From NCBI GenBank assembly GCA_973895155.1, contig OZ316896.1, positions 15,624,576 to 15,688,575 of the forward strand: DNA of 64,000 nt, written 5' to 3'. The position numbers and the translations under genes are program-made. The stretch comes from Marsupella aquatica. Taxonomy: Eukaryota; Plantae; Marchantiophyta. Positions within the stretch are counted from its first letter, which is position 1. Each line of letters opens with the position of its first letter. Below the pieces are notes generated by a model, which saw only the letters and a program-made list of their open reading frames with translations, was not told where the DNA came from and made no database searches. Below are positions 51,393 through 64,000 of the stretch, one piece after another.

Positions 51393-53369
51393 CCCAAGCT
51401 CGTAGTCAGGCCCAGCGAAACAAAACGAAAGTACGCAGGATACTATTCGCTAGTCATCGCTCATCCAATCTTTCATGATGACCAATAACTGTCCTTCATT
51501 TTCCCTCACGTTCATTTGAGCTCCCTTCGTGCACATCGTGTAAGCACGTCATTGAATTGTCGATGGTTTTGACAATCAAGGATAGCACTTCAGATAACCT
51601 GAAACCAAGATGTTCAAAACCGTCATGCAATTTCAAAGTCGAAGACCTTTCCCAAATTACTGTGCTCTCTTGATTTTAGCAAATGGAAAACATTAGACTA
51701 AAGAAAGCATGAATCCTAAATTCACGCATTTCCACGTTTAAAGTACAAACCTGGGAGTACAAATTGAAATACGGGTAAGAATTTGGAAATGGGAATTCGA
51801 ATTGGAGCACAACGGGATCAAATTTCTACTACGACTCCTTGCAAGTCATCTAGTCAATAGTAAGACACAGTACCAAAGCGCTTTTGACATCTGAGCATGA
51901 ATTTACAATTGTAGCCATATCAATTTGTTGGTTTCAGCTTAGAGTAATAAGCCAATCAATCCTCTCAGGGCATCGGTAGACTAAAAAGTAATACAAAAAT
52001 TGATAAACATTATCATAGATTTCATCGAAGATAGTTTTGCTTAAGAATAAAAAAATCACCGCAAATACGTCGAGATTCCATGTGACAAGAAAACGATGTT
52101 GCTAAACATCATTCACCATGAACATCTGTCAGTAGTTGATATATGAGATACTTAGGTCAATTAGGTTCTAAGTGGATCCATAAAGTGTATATGTAAAAGA
52201 CACCGAATGTTTTTCATTCTTCCCAATTTTAAGTTTGAAACAGGAGCCAACTGTTTCCCAGACATGCAACTGACCAAAAGTTCAAGACCTGATCACAATG
52301 AGATGCACGCTACAGGAAGACATGACAAATAATTAAACACGCTCAGGCCCAGGTTGAGGAACTTGGGGGAAATGGAACAATATTCTAGAATCCTGTCTAA
52401 AATCTATCCAAGGTCCAATATGCTCAGTGATTAATGTCCTGATCTAAAGTGAAGATGATGGATGAAAATTGAAATATTGTCAGAGCCATGCAGCGTTCAT
52501 TGAATCGAGAGTCCCATGGTCAATAACTATGTTTCATGCCTGTAATGCTTGAGATTAAGGTAGTCATCCTTTCCTGGTGAAAGCAGATTGCACATAGATA
52601 GAGGTGGAGTAGACAAAACATTGAGAACATGAAAGAGTTAGACCTATCCCCAAGATTGCCTGATTGCCATCTCACTCGATTCCTATCCTATATGATTGCA
52701 ACAAGAGCTACCAGCTCTATTGCTCAATCGTTTGTTTCAAACGCGAATCTTCCTGGAAGTGCAAGGAGAAAACAAGGCAACTGATTGCCGACGGAAAAGT
52801 CATCATTACATATATTTCGTTCAACAGAAACTAGTGAGATGTCATGGGTGCGATAGCGAATGAAACAAATTGGAATTGAAATCAGTAGACAGCTCACAGG
52901 TTGACGCCTGCTCGTAATGTAAAGTCGGTGTCAATTACCCATAAATGGCCTCTTCCCCTACTTTCATGTTTACCTCTCAGCGCTTGGTAGCTAGGCGCTT
53001 TGGTGTCTTCAAATAGGGGCTCAGATCCGAAGTGCTGGCTAGGGAATTCGTTCAAACTAAGAGCACCCCCTTCTGTGCCTGATGGCTAAAATATTACCTT
53101 TTCCTACCACACATGCAACAGTCCTGCCCCCACCTTAATGCCCTTCGTGATTTTTCACTTTGTAATTTTATGGAGAAAAACGTACCGTCCCGATTTGGAT
53201 TGAAGAATTATGAAGCTTCTCCTCTGCTTTTAATGAATTGGGGAATTATGAATTTTCTAGTCTACTTCTAGTAAAACTAATAACCAAAAAAAAGTCTCGT
53301 AGGCATAGGTGTTAACACCCTGTTAGGAGTGCATTATGGCAATAATAACTGGGCATCCATGTCCCACTA

Positions 53370-53625
53370 GAAGACTTAGTTATGACAACTGGATGTGGAC
53401 CATCAGACTTAGTTATACAGGTGGACCAATAGCTCATCACATTATTGCAGGGGTGAATCTTTTTCCTCTTTTCACCATAGCTCAGACTTACTTAGTACAG
53501 GTGGACAATTAGCTCAACACATTATTGCAGGGGTAGATCTTTTTTCCCTTTTTTGTTTCCTCTTTCTAGGCCGTTGGCTTAGACTTAGTTATGACCATTA
53601 GCGCTATTGTGGTGGTAGATCTTCT
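53370..53625. repeat. Short degenerate tandem (AGACTTAGTTAT...GTGGAC...ATTATTGCAGGGG units)
   Basis: Four AGACTTA-led units at ~53371, 53405, 53484 and 53581. Confidence 0.75.
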
Positions 53626-54819
53626 CCCCCTTCTTAGCTTTTTCCTTTTTCTAGGTTATTGAGGTTAGCATGTGCTCACTTCCTTCGAGTGTCCGTTTTC
53701 GATCTCTTCTGCTTGTACTTTATTTGGCCCCCATTTTTTGTACATTGGACCTCTTTTGCTTTTCCCGCATTATACTTTGGTTGGCCCCTGTTCTGTAGAT
53801 TATGACTGCTTACTACTTTTTCATGGCAAATAAGATCCTCGCACATCCAAAGACTAAAATATGGGACCAGTCTTCCTGTCTGATACTCCCGAAGTCTGTC
53901 ATTGGCATCAACGCTGAAAATAGTTCTCTCCCTGTTTCAGCCTAAACCTTTGTTCCATCCCTGTTTGAACACTACGCCTTCCATCACTGTCTGGACTCTA
54001 AGCTTCAGTTCCATCCCTGCCTGGACAATCACAAGCCTTTGTGTTATCCCTTCTCAGACACTGAGCAGTTCCATTGTTGTCTGAAAAACCACCCTCTGTT
54101 CCATCCCTCTCCGAGCACTAAGCCTGCCCTGGGTCTAGTACGTCCCCTCTCCAGGATGGCCACAAGTTGACCTCCAACATCTCATTCATAATCTTTACGG
54201 AAGAATGGACTTGGACGATACTGTTGGAGGCACTGTATCAGGCAATGTGCTACCCACCAACATACCCTGCTGTGAGACATCAGGAACCAGACCGTATTGC
54301 ATGACAAAAGAAATCCAGAAATATTTATTGAGCAGTTCCCAATAGGCCTACCATTCAATAACATGAATTTCTTAAAACCGTGAGTAAATGCTCGATAAAT
54401 GCACTATCGGTAATCGACATCCTTGACGAAAGACTTTGAACGATTGGCAAAACAGGTAGCCCTTGCAGACTGTGCATCATTCCACATACTGGAATATATT
54501 ATTCGTAGTGTTATGGTTGTTAAATTTCGCTCGTCTGTAGCGCAATCAGAGCGATTTTGTTGCCATTTCACCAACCTAAAACAAGAGGCCTTCACACATT
54601 ATTGTACTTCCAGTAAAAGAGTACTATTACTGTGATCATTGGCATCTTGCAACAATTACATTTATTCTTTACAAAACACCCAATGATTGCCTAAAAATAG
54701 AGTTGTTCCAAAAGCAGATCCAGAGGCGCCTTACAAAACTGTAACACGAGGCAGCTACTTTGAAATTCTGTCACACTTTGTATACCGGTATAATTGACGT
54801 GCACGACGCCCTGGAAATA

Positions 54820-57800
54820 CTAAAGTTTGGCAGCTCCTTCTATTCTGCTTCCAATCAGTCGAATAACTCCTTCTTGTGCCAGTGACATAACTAACTGCGA
54901 AGTGGAAAACAGCCAATAAATTATGATAAGCCTTCTTCCTTCTTCGACACCTTCCAAGATATCTCTTAGCAGCCAATTTTGCGCGATTAGAAACGGAGTA
55001 ATAGAGACCTTTCACGACTCTTAAGCTTCGGTTGTATGAAAGTCCTTGTTGACTTGCAGGAGCGTAGTAACATGATCAATTGGACGGCTACCGATGTTGA
55101 GGGAAATTAAAAACTCCATCATCCATGCATTGAGTTTATCCTAGACGCACTTAGCATAGATAAACATAGCAGAATACTTTAAGGTACGGGAAGCACGGAA
55201 GAGGGCAGCACGTAAACCGTAGACCAAACTGTCCTCACGATCCTTGCTTCCTCTCTACGAGAAACATTAAGTCAAAGGAGGAAAAAAAAAATCAATTACC
55301 TTCCCATCCTGTGTATAGACTTTTCCCAAAGACAGTCCACGACCATCTACAGCTGTTGGACTTTCCATCTGTAACCAACAATCCAGTCCAGATGAAGGTC
55401 AAAAGACTGTAGGGTCCACAGACATAAAAGCAAATAGTCGCCGAGAGTCCAGAGGAAAATCTTAGCTAAGTACCGTCTCTTACCACGAAAAGTAGCCACT
55501 CAGAAGAATCGAAGGACCGATGAAACCAGATCCTGGATAGACCACACCAACGTTATCTGAGACTCACGAGATGTACAGTTAAAAAATAGGGGTTCCCTAC
55601 ATTTCCAAACATGATATTGTATTGTAAAAAAACAGATCTAGCAACAAGCAAAAGGATGTCAGTCAAACCGGTCAAATTGAAGGCCCCTTTGGACTGAAGG
55701 ATGGTAACGAGATCTCTTACGTGTGGTCAAGACTCAACATTTGCATGCGTGCCCCAAGAGTCTCTGGGTGGGATTGTACGCTTGTTTCAAGAAATTGTAG
55801 GTCCGTACCATATGCTATAACACACCTGCAAACATACAGAATTCTAAAAGTTTACTAATCGGGACTCCAAGCGAATGTACATAGTGCCCTAACCATAACC
55901 TCAAATACAACTTTTCTTTCGAGGACCTTCGGTAACCACAGGAAGCTTAGTCTCATTAAACAAGTTTCTCCAAGGTTCTCGTCATAGATAATTACTGGAG
56001 ATAGATTCCTTCCAAAGTTTTCTTCTACTGGTTACACAATACAACGGTAAAAGCCAAAGCGGGAGGAAAAACTTCTGAATGCTAAAGTTCCGTCAATTGA
56101 ACGAAGTACAAAAGTCTCCGAAGACAATACCGCTGCAAATTTTGCTCTCCTGACAGCTTAACTCTTGGCCGCATCCACATCTGCTGCCTGCAAAAGTGTT
56201 TGTTAAGTATTCACAAAAACCAGTCTGCCACTGCTGGCGAGAAACTATTGACAAGTTGTTCAGACCATGGTGAGATGAACGATGGAGACCCTCGTCAACT
56301 TTGGCTTACAGGTACGTGGGAGAAGGTCTGCAATCCACCTTGGCTCACGTTTCACTGGTTGAAACTTGTCGACAGGGTCGACATAACGCACCTCGATTGG
56401 AACGAGATCAACCTTCAATCCAGCATATAGCTTCTTACCATCTCTGAAGCATTTGAGTACAGCAGGTGAGTACAGTAGTAGGTTCAAAAATGAGTTATGC
56501 ATGGTGCCTAAGATTCCCACTCAATACCCACACTAAAAATTGGTTGTAAGGAACAGGTAGAAAGCTCCAGTGATCTGCCTTTTGAGACAATGAATCAGCT
56601 AACCGTCATACACCAACTTCTAGGGGTGAATAGAGCTGGCTGAGCAAGGCGAGGAAACTTCCTCTGCCGCAAAAGCACCACAGAAGGAATGACACGCACA
56701 AAACCAAGACTAAAGACGGAAAAGAGAGAAGCTTTCTTACAGTGGAAGGCGTGGATCAATGATAAACTCATCAAAAACTTGGTCCATAGATATAACCTGC
56801 ATGGACGAACGTTAGTGCCGAATAGGTTTTAAACCAATTGTACACAAAATTCTTGCAAGGGCCTGATGAGTCTTCTTTCCAGTCTTTCAGGAAACTGAAA
56901 TATTAAACGCTTATACAGATTTGCAGTAAACTTCTTGGAGTTTATAATTTGAGAAAAACCAAGCAGCTTTCCCATCATTGTTTAAGGTAGAATTCAACTC
57001 TACTAGTTACATTCAAGACGAGTTTTCAAACATCATCAAGCACCTCCTCTGGCCCAGGTACGCTTGGCATAGGCGCTGCGTGGTCAAGGCCCCCTTCCTC
57101 TTCCCTCTGAGGCAATGAGCAACGATACGAGTCAGGAAAGTGCTAAATCAAATCTGAAGATAAAAGTATCAACTCTGCTACTCCACCAGCACTTACTAGG
57201 ATGGAGTGATTATAACTGTTTAGTTGACTGAAATATGGATTCGTTCTGGCTACAGACTCGCTGGTATGCAGACTGTTTTGCAGCAATCTGCAAACTAGAG
57301 GCACGTGCTCGTGTAAATAGAACTATTTGAACACCCTCTCTGCTTTTGTCTTAATGTGAGCAAAACCCTGATTTTGCCCACAGTATGTCTGGCAGTTTGG
57401 CTCAAATTCATAAAACTCTAACCTATAATTTAAAAAATGAATAGGACCTTGAATGATGCATAAAGGACAAACACGAGAATGTCATTCTGCGTTGCTTTCA
57501 CATGTCGAGTGGCAAACGATCTACCATCACGAACTTTTTCAACCTCATACACCACAGAAACTGCATACACACAGCCAACAAAAAACAAGTTCTATCAAAC
57601 GTAATCAACGTAAACTGAAACATACACAACCCAACGTTTCAGGAGATCACTGATGCAAAATTGGGGAGAAATTACGATACAGCAAATAATAGCTAGGCCA
57701 AGATAAAGAAGAGGCTGACTAAACAACAACAAAAAAGTGAGGAGAAAGTTGAAATAATTGATTTGCAAACATCAAAAATAATGCCAAGGCTGCCAGATCA

Positions 57801-60800
57801 TGTACCATTCACACTCGCGGCTAGGACAAAATATGAATGAAGGCTATGCACCAACATCTCTGCACTGACTGTTCTCGTTGCCGCAAGGAGAGCCTGCAGA
57901 ACCAATTGACGAAATTCGATAAACTCCCACAAGACAAAGAATACACAAAGCCTTGTCTTTTCAAAAGAAATCTGACCAGCCACGAACAGTGCTGTAGTAC
58001 CTAGGATGAGTTTTGTCACCGATTGGTAGTTCTGGCCGAAGGCAGTAACTTAGAAGTACAATTACCCACCTGAGCGACTAGTTGTCCTCCGAAAATATTT
58101 CCAGGAGCCAACATGTTCGTATCTGATGGCCGCTTTGTCCCCTGCCAGATTATAAGGGCCAATAAATTCTAGGGCCTCATAACACACGTGCTGAGACATC
58201 GCAATTCCAAATCCTTAAAAAAAATACAAAATTCCGAAGAATGTGAAAGAACTTACATGCAGCAAGCCCGAATAGTAATTTGGAAATCCTGAACTTTTCA
58301 TCTTCATATCTCCAATATCCTTGGGGAAAGTAGTCGTCATTTGTCCCAACCAAGCAACGTCATTATTAGGACATTTGTAGCAGTCAGGTATATTGAGCTT
58401 ACTAGAACAGACAAGGACCTCGGAATTAGTTACAGATATGAGCTCGTTTCACGTGAACAGAGACTTCGAAAGAAACTGAACAATGAAAGCTGTTTCTGAT
58501 TTGGGACAGTCCCTGCCTACAACCCCTCCAGTAATCTCGTTTGCCGCAAGTCACTGAGGCGACGGAGTAAATTTACCCCAACTGTTTCCAATTGCATGAT
58601 CATCTCCAGTTTTGAAGGCCCGTCATATTTTGCGTCCAAGTTCCAAACAGAGATGCCTGAGAGCAAGTCTGCATGTTCACGGTAAAGCACCAAGCAAAGC
58701 ACCTGCAAGAGAAAAAAGTGGTCTCAGTGGAAATATCTCACCAAAGAACTTCCCACCATTCCCTCATAAACATAAAAGTTAGAGAAGTAAACGTCGGCAA
58801 AATCAAAGAGCTAGGCCCACAACAGGAAAATCCTCAACTTCTGAGCCGCCAACATACTTGCAGGCATCATCCCAAGAGGCCAGCCCCTACAGGATCACTG
58901 ATAGTGGTTGTATTTACTAAAAAAAACATGTATTGTTGTGCCTCGAATATGAAACTTGGATGGACCAAGGAGTTTGCTGTGAAGCCCCCATTGATTTCCA
59001 AAGCTGTGATGGACTGACTCAGGGTGTTCTTCCCCAAAGTGAAGCATCCGTTGGCAGTTAGTTTATAATATTTGCACTCATCATCAATGGGGCAAACGAT
59101 CTCAGAAAAATCTACACCTTTTTCGGGTAATATATTGGACGTCAGCGAACATGCTGGAAACATTTTAGCTTTAGCAGAGAATCAGAAATTGTTCAAATAA
59201 TTACACAAGTCTGCCAAAACCCAGCATTTTACTGTTGGTCGAGGCGCCTGGAAATACTACTCGGGAAGTCCTTCTCAAAAGTGAACAGTCCTTGCAAAAG
59301 CAGTCAGTGTAAATTTTGGGCAAAGTGAGGCAGTGTGTGTCACAGTCCATGGGGATGGGCAAAGCAAACCCCTCGGTCCATCCGAGTTTAATTTTCGTTG
59401 TGCCTCCTAGGTTTTAACCACGGATTAAACATATTCAGTGTCTCATTAATGCCGTCTTGGCTGCATGACTCTAAGGTCCTGGTGTAATTCCATCCACATC
59501 ATTGAAAATAAGTCAATGACACAGATGCACATAAGCAAACACTCGTATAATGCATGCTCACATTTTCTCATACACGATCCTTATTTACTTTCAATTGACT
59601 GAACTGATTATAGCAAATTGTGTTGGCAATCCTATCTGAATAGAATGGAAGTCATTATCTGCGCTGCCAAATATTTACAAAACACAGGTCTGTGACATAA
59701 AAGACTTCTCTTCCAGAATCAAGCTGAGTCATCTATATTCAATTTAATTCCAATCTTTCCCCCCAGCCCAGTATAACAGGACCTCACATCACAATGAACT
59801 CTGTAATTCATGTTCCATGCATTAATTGAGCTTTTGCAAAACAGTAAACTTTTTTGTCCATCTCCACTTGGCAAATATACTTGATAGGCAAATACGCCAT
59901 AAGATAAGATAAGATAAGATAATAATAATAATAATAATATAAAAATATAAATAATATAAAAAGGGGGGGGGAAAGGGGAAAAAAGGGGGAAAAAAGGGGC
60001 GAAAAGGGGGGAAAAAGAAAACAAATAAAGTAAAGTAAAGTTACTTCGGTGATCGCCACTATATCAACATTATACTTCTGCTTCACAGGTCCCATAATGC
60101 CTGCAAACAAAGAGAGTTTTTAGAATAACCACGTTGCAGATGAAAGGGTATGAACCCAAAACGAGTCCATAACTCCAGGCATTGACATAAACAGTCGAGT
60201 ACTCAACCATTCTAGTAACCACTTTAACAGCTAGGACTGTTCAGTTCCTCATTACCTGAGCCAAAATAATCACCACGCTTCAGAAGAGACTCTTTGTGGG
60301 CCAAAGGATAACTGTTTGGTGGTGATTTAACCTTGGCCTGCACAAAGCCAACGAACAATGATGAGGCCGTCCGAAACGTACGCCAGGCGCCGTCTAATGG
60401 AAAGGGACACCTACTAAATATATGGGAGCTTGATAGTTTTGAAAACGGTGACATGCCCCGGATAAGTATCCGACCTTGCCTAAGCCCTTCTGCCTACGGG
60501 CATCCCAGGAAGTGAGCATTCGTAACAGTGAGATAAGACCGCTCAGCACAATGTAGCACTCACAAGAGCTACTTTGCAATATGAGAAAACCGCTTGCAGG
60601 AATCTCTGCACGGCTGAGAACAACATATTACAGACGAAGAACGTGGATTTTTGTACTTCAAACACACACCTCTCCATACCAAAGGATGTATAAACCAGCA
60701 CCTTCGCTGTTCAAGCGCACGATTGGCTCCCCGGGTCCTGCCACATTTACAACCCATCTGTCAAAAGCGTACATCAAGCAAGAGGTATGCATGCCACAAC

Positions 60801-62049
60801 AAAATAGTTTCCAAATCTGTCATTAATTCACTGATTCTTTGCTGTGACAGCTAGCAGAATAGGGGAACAAGATAGAGGAGCCGGAAATTCAATCCTCTAA
60901 TCTGTTTTCACTAATATATTATTGCAGTTAAAATAGATCTGAACAAGGGCTAGGACAAGGCCATTTCTATCTCATGCTTCTGAGGTCCTAAGCGTTACAT
61001 TAGAGTCATAATCTATATTTATGGCTACAGTGTGGTAATGTTGGTATCCCCTTCGTAGTAGCAGCTGTACATGTTTATTGTCTTAATGCTAGGTGGCTTT
61101 CTTGAACAGAAATTGTTTCAATAAGCTACAAGTAGTCTTTTGCTCGATACATGATAAATCTGCTCTCCAACTTCTCCTAGATGGAGTGCCATTATTCAGA
61201 TCATCCAGCACATCATAGGATATAATGAAACCGCGTACTTGCAAAGGAGGAAGAAAACAACAACAGAGGAGAGTCTATGAGCTGTTCGTAATGCAACAGC
61301 TATTTGATTATATAGCAGCCATCAGGCAAAGGCGATAGGAGCTACATACCGTATTGAATAGGTTGCAGAGTTTTGCAAATTTTTTCCAAGGCGTCCTCTG
61401 GAACTTGTTGCAGCAGCGGCATCGACCGAAGGAGAGCAATGGCTGCAGAACATGGAACAGAGCCAGAAATGAATTCCAGCTGAGGTGGAAACTTTTGAAA
61501 AACAACGGGAGGCGGCATTCAGGCAGCCAATACAATATACGAAAACCAAAGATGGTAGGATTAAAAAAAGCGTGAGTCTCTTGACAGATGACGTGATTCC
61601 CAAGGGTGGTCTAATTCCACTTTTAAATACTATTGCACTCGTTCACTATTTTGCTGCCATTGCAGCGCATGTAAAAGCGTGATAGCTGACAAATTTGCTC
61701 ATCTCGAATGCCCTACACTGGAGCCTTCGGAGGATCCTGATAAGCCAGTACCACACCTTCACAAATTTTCGTGCCAATCTATTTGCAACGTAACCCCAGC
61801 ATTTCTTTCTTGCACTGGTTACTTTGCACAAAATTCTTCGAGTAGCCGGCGAGATAAGGGTAACCGGTGAAGCAATCCCCCGGCAGTATCTCAATCGCTT
61901 TGACAATGAACAGACAGATTCCAGCACAGGCTCACAATACGAGAGACCAAACACGCCTCGCTCATAAACTCTCACATTACAAGCTCATAAACATCATCAC
62001 CTTCATCCTGACGGATCGAAAAATCGGCGGAAATCCGGGCTTGCTCCAT
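54820..62049 (-). CDS. ACH2: Peroxisomal acyl-CoA thioesterase II (ACH2/TesB-type) with N-terminal cNMP-binding-like domain; >=16 exons
   Basis: Exons include 62049-62001 (start tentative), 61442-61350 (LRSMPLLQQVP), 60737-60670, 60337-60256 (LLKRGDYFG), 60100-60045, 58702-~58577, ~58140-58070 (NIFGGQLVAQ), 57893-57806 (VHSLHSYF), ~57560-57448 (VRDGRSFATRHV), then exons near 57100, 56790, 56440, 56185, 55820 (LSLDHT), 55530 (IWFHR), 55365, and last exon 54894-54820 ending AKL* (PTS1). The junction near 58140-58580 is unresolved. Confidence 0.92.
59898..60040. repeat. Intronic simple-sequence tract: (ATAAG)n, (AAT)n and G/A runs
   Basis: Directly visible next to the ACH2 donor at 60044. Confidence 0.9.
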
Positions 62050-63151
62050 TCCCCCAGCCAAGACAGGCAGGCGGGCAGGGCTTAAGGGACCTTCCTTTAG
62101 GGTGCTCGCATCAATTCGGAGGAAACTTGTCAGCAATTCACACAGACGCGTCTCGTGAAGCTTTCTCTTCCCCGTCGTGCTTTCGAAATTAATTGAACCC
62201 ACGCTCCAATCGTCACTGCATCGTTGCTGGGCCCCTACAGAGTGAGTGTAACTTTTCTAAGATTTCTCTATGCACATAAGCGCATTGAGAGCGAGCTTCT
62301 AGCCGTCAGGATAGCAATCGTTCTTTCAGCCTGCACGATTTCCCCAGATCTGGCAACAAGACAAGAATTCACGAATCCCGCTACTCACAACAGGTCCCGG
62401 CCGGAAGAATATTTCCGTCACTACAATACTACCATTGAGCTCACTAAATTCCTGTAGCGAATTCCAATTCAGTCTCATCAAGGCATTTTCGACTACGATT
62501 TCCCCCGCAGCAACGCACAGGTGCAATCCAAGCTCCAGGGTAAACAAGTAGAGGTCACACTCAGATGGAGGTCTATCGGCGTGGAGGAATGGGTTCGGGC
62601 TCCTTGACCTCCTCATAAGCACAATTGAATTGTAGACTGCAACACTTCTTTCAGGTGTACAGTAGATTACTGCCTTTCGTCAATTGGGCGGGATCGATGC
62701 TCTCCATCTAAACCCCGCTTTCAAGGTACGATGAAACAGAATTGACTCGGCAACTGGTTGCGAAATCGGAAAGCAATTGAAGGGTGGCGTGTGGTGCGCG
62801 GAGGCTTTCGTGATCGAAGGTAGCACGGCTCTGCCAATCCAGGACTGAAGTTGAGTGTTCGTCTGGTTCATGTGACTCGACTGTGACGAACGAATCTTCG
62901 CAGTAATCTAACAACAATCACTCCCTCATCGTGAAATTTCTATATGGCACTGCGAACAAAACCCCTGCCGCTAATCACACACATCAGCAAAACAAGGGGC
63001 CCACTGTTGACTGACTATGATGGCAACAACTTGGTGCAAAATTGCCCCCAATTTTTGTGAAGTAAAGTGCGGCAATTTCTCATGATCCCAAGGTTAATAT
63101 TTCACCTGAGTCCCTTTGGACAAGGTGAATGGCCCCCCAAGTTCTTCTAAA

Positions 63152-63525
63152 GCCCTCCTTTATGACACTGATTTTTCATACACTAGATTTGCACGAAACC
63201 GACACACCAACCAACGAACCAACCCTCCCTCACACCCAATTAGAGGTGAGGGCTTGAGTCTGAGATTGCTGGCCCTGCTGACCGAGCATAGTTTGACTCC
63301 CAAGAGTATGAACAATCATAAAATGGGCCCCGAAGTTCTTATCACGCCCTCCTTTATGACACTGAGTTTTTCACCTACACTAGATTTGTATGAAACTTGG
63401 CCCAACCGACACACCAAGCAACCCTCCCTCACAACCAATTAGAGATGAGGGCTTCAATCTGAGACTGCTTGCCCTGCTGACCGAGCATGGTTTGACTCCC
63501 AAAAGTATGAACAATCACAAAAAAA
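63152..63525. repeat. Two-copy ~195-bp tandem duplication upstream of ACH2
   Basis: GCCCTCCTTTATGACACTGA...GCCCTGCTGACCGAGCAT.GTTTGACTCCCAA.AGTATGAACAATCA begins at 63152 and again at 63347. Confidence 0.9.
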
Positions 63526-64000
63526 TATAGCCGTTTGCTCAGTAAAGAGGTAGTTTCATGAGAGTCCACGTGAGTTTTGACAGTCTATCTGAGTGGGGAT
63601 CTGAGTGGGGATCTTCTCAAACGTTGTGATCTATAGAAGCTTTCATTTCCAGCCAAATAAAGACCCTAACCGATGTAACGTTAGTGCACACCAAAGGACA
63701 TCCAGATTTCAGGCCAAACCACCCTCTTGGGTAGTAAGCTCGGGTAGCAAGATGGGGGAAGAGAAGGGCCAGGTGTTTAGGAGATTTCGGAGAGAAATAG
63801 TAGCATGGGCCCACGCAGTCTGATGCCAACAGGTACAACCCCCTTGCAGTTCACAAAACTATATGCTTTTCATCTTGGACTTATTGTTAGTTTATCCTTC
63901 ATACAAGTCTTCTGAAAGCTTTGTGCAAAACGAGATATACAATCGTCCTCACCTTTGTTAGTTAGTAACAATTAGGAGTATACTGTTCATGCAAGGAAAT

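Noticed and set aside
58867-59163. 98-aa ORF in an ACH2 intron as a nested gene or extra exon
   Set aside because: The flanking ACH2 exons join in frame without it, and no homology was recognised.

Overview
This is eukaryotic, intron-rich land-plant genomic DNA. A bryophyte or liverwort origin is inferred from gene content and repeat style, not proven. Five host genes can be spliced by eye: a 6-exon mPGES2-type GST-family gene (+, 8969-12335), a 20-exon PIG-O/GPI13 GPI ethanolamine-phosphate transferase (+, 16757-25569), a 2-exon BIR-like LRR ectodomain-only gene (+, 46985-48750), a ZCCHC10-like zinc-knuckle gene (-, 50403-51392) and an ACH2-type peroxisomal acyl-CoA thioesterase II (-, 54820-62049). 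Between them lie a decayed gag ORF, a second decayed transposon-like ORF, tandem arrays, MITE-like and SINE-like pieces. The most unusual observation is a two-way sequence exchange between the PIG-O and LRR loci. A ~1.3 kb copy of the PIG-O promoter/5' leader sits upstream of the LRR gene, and a ~95%-identical inverted piece of LRR exon 1 sits ~90 nt after the PIG-O stop codon. This could make a co-expressed sense/antisense pair, but that is a hypothesis and may simply be repair debris. No prokaryotic-type system such as CRISPR is present. All identities and boundaries were estimated by eye.
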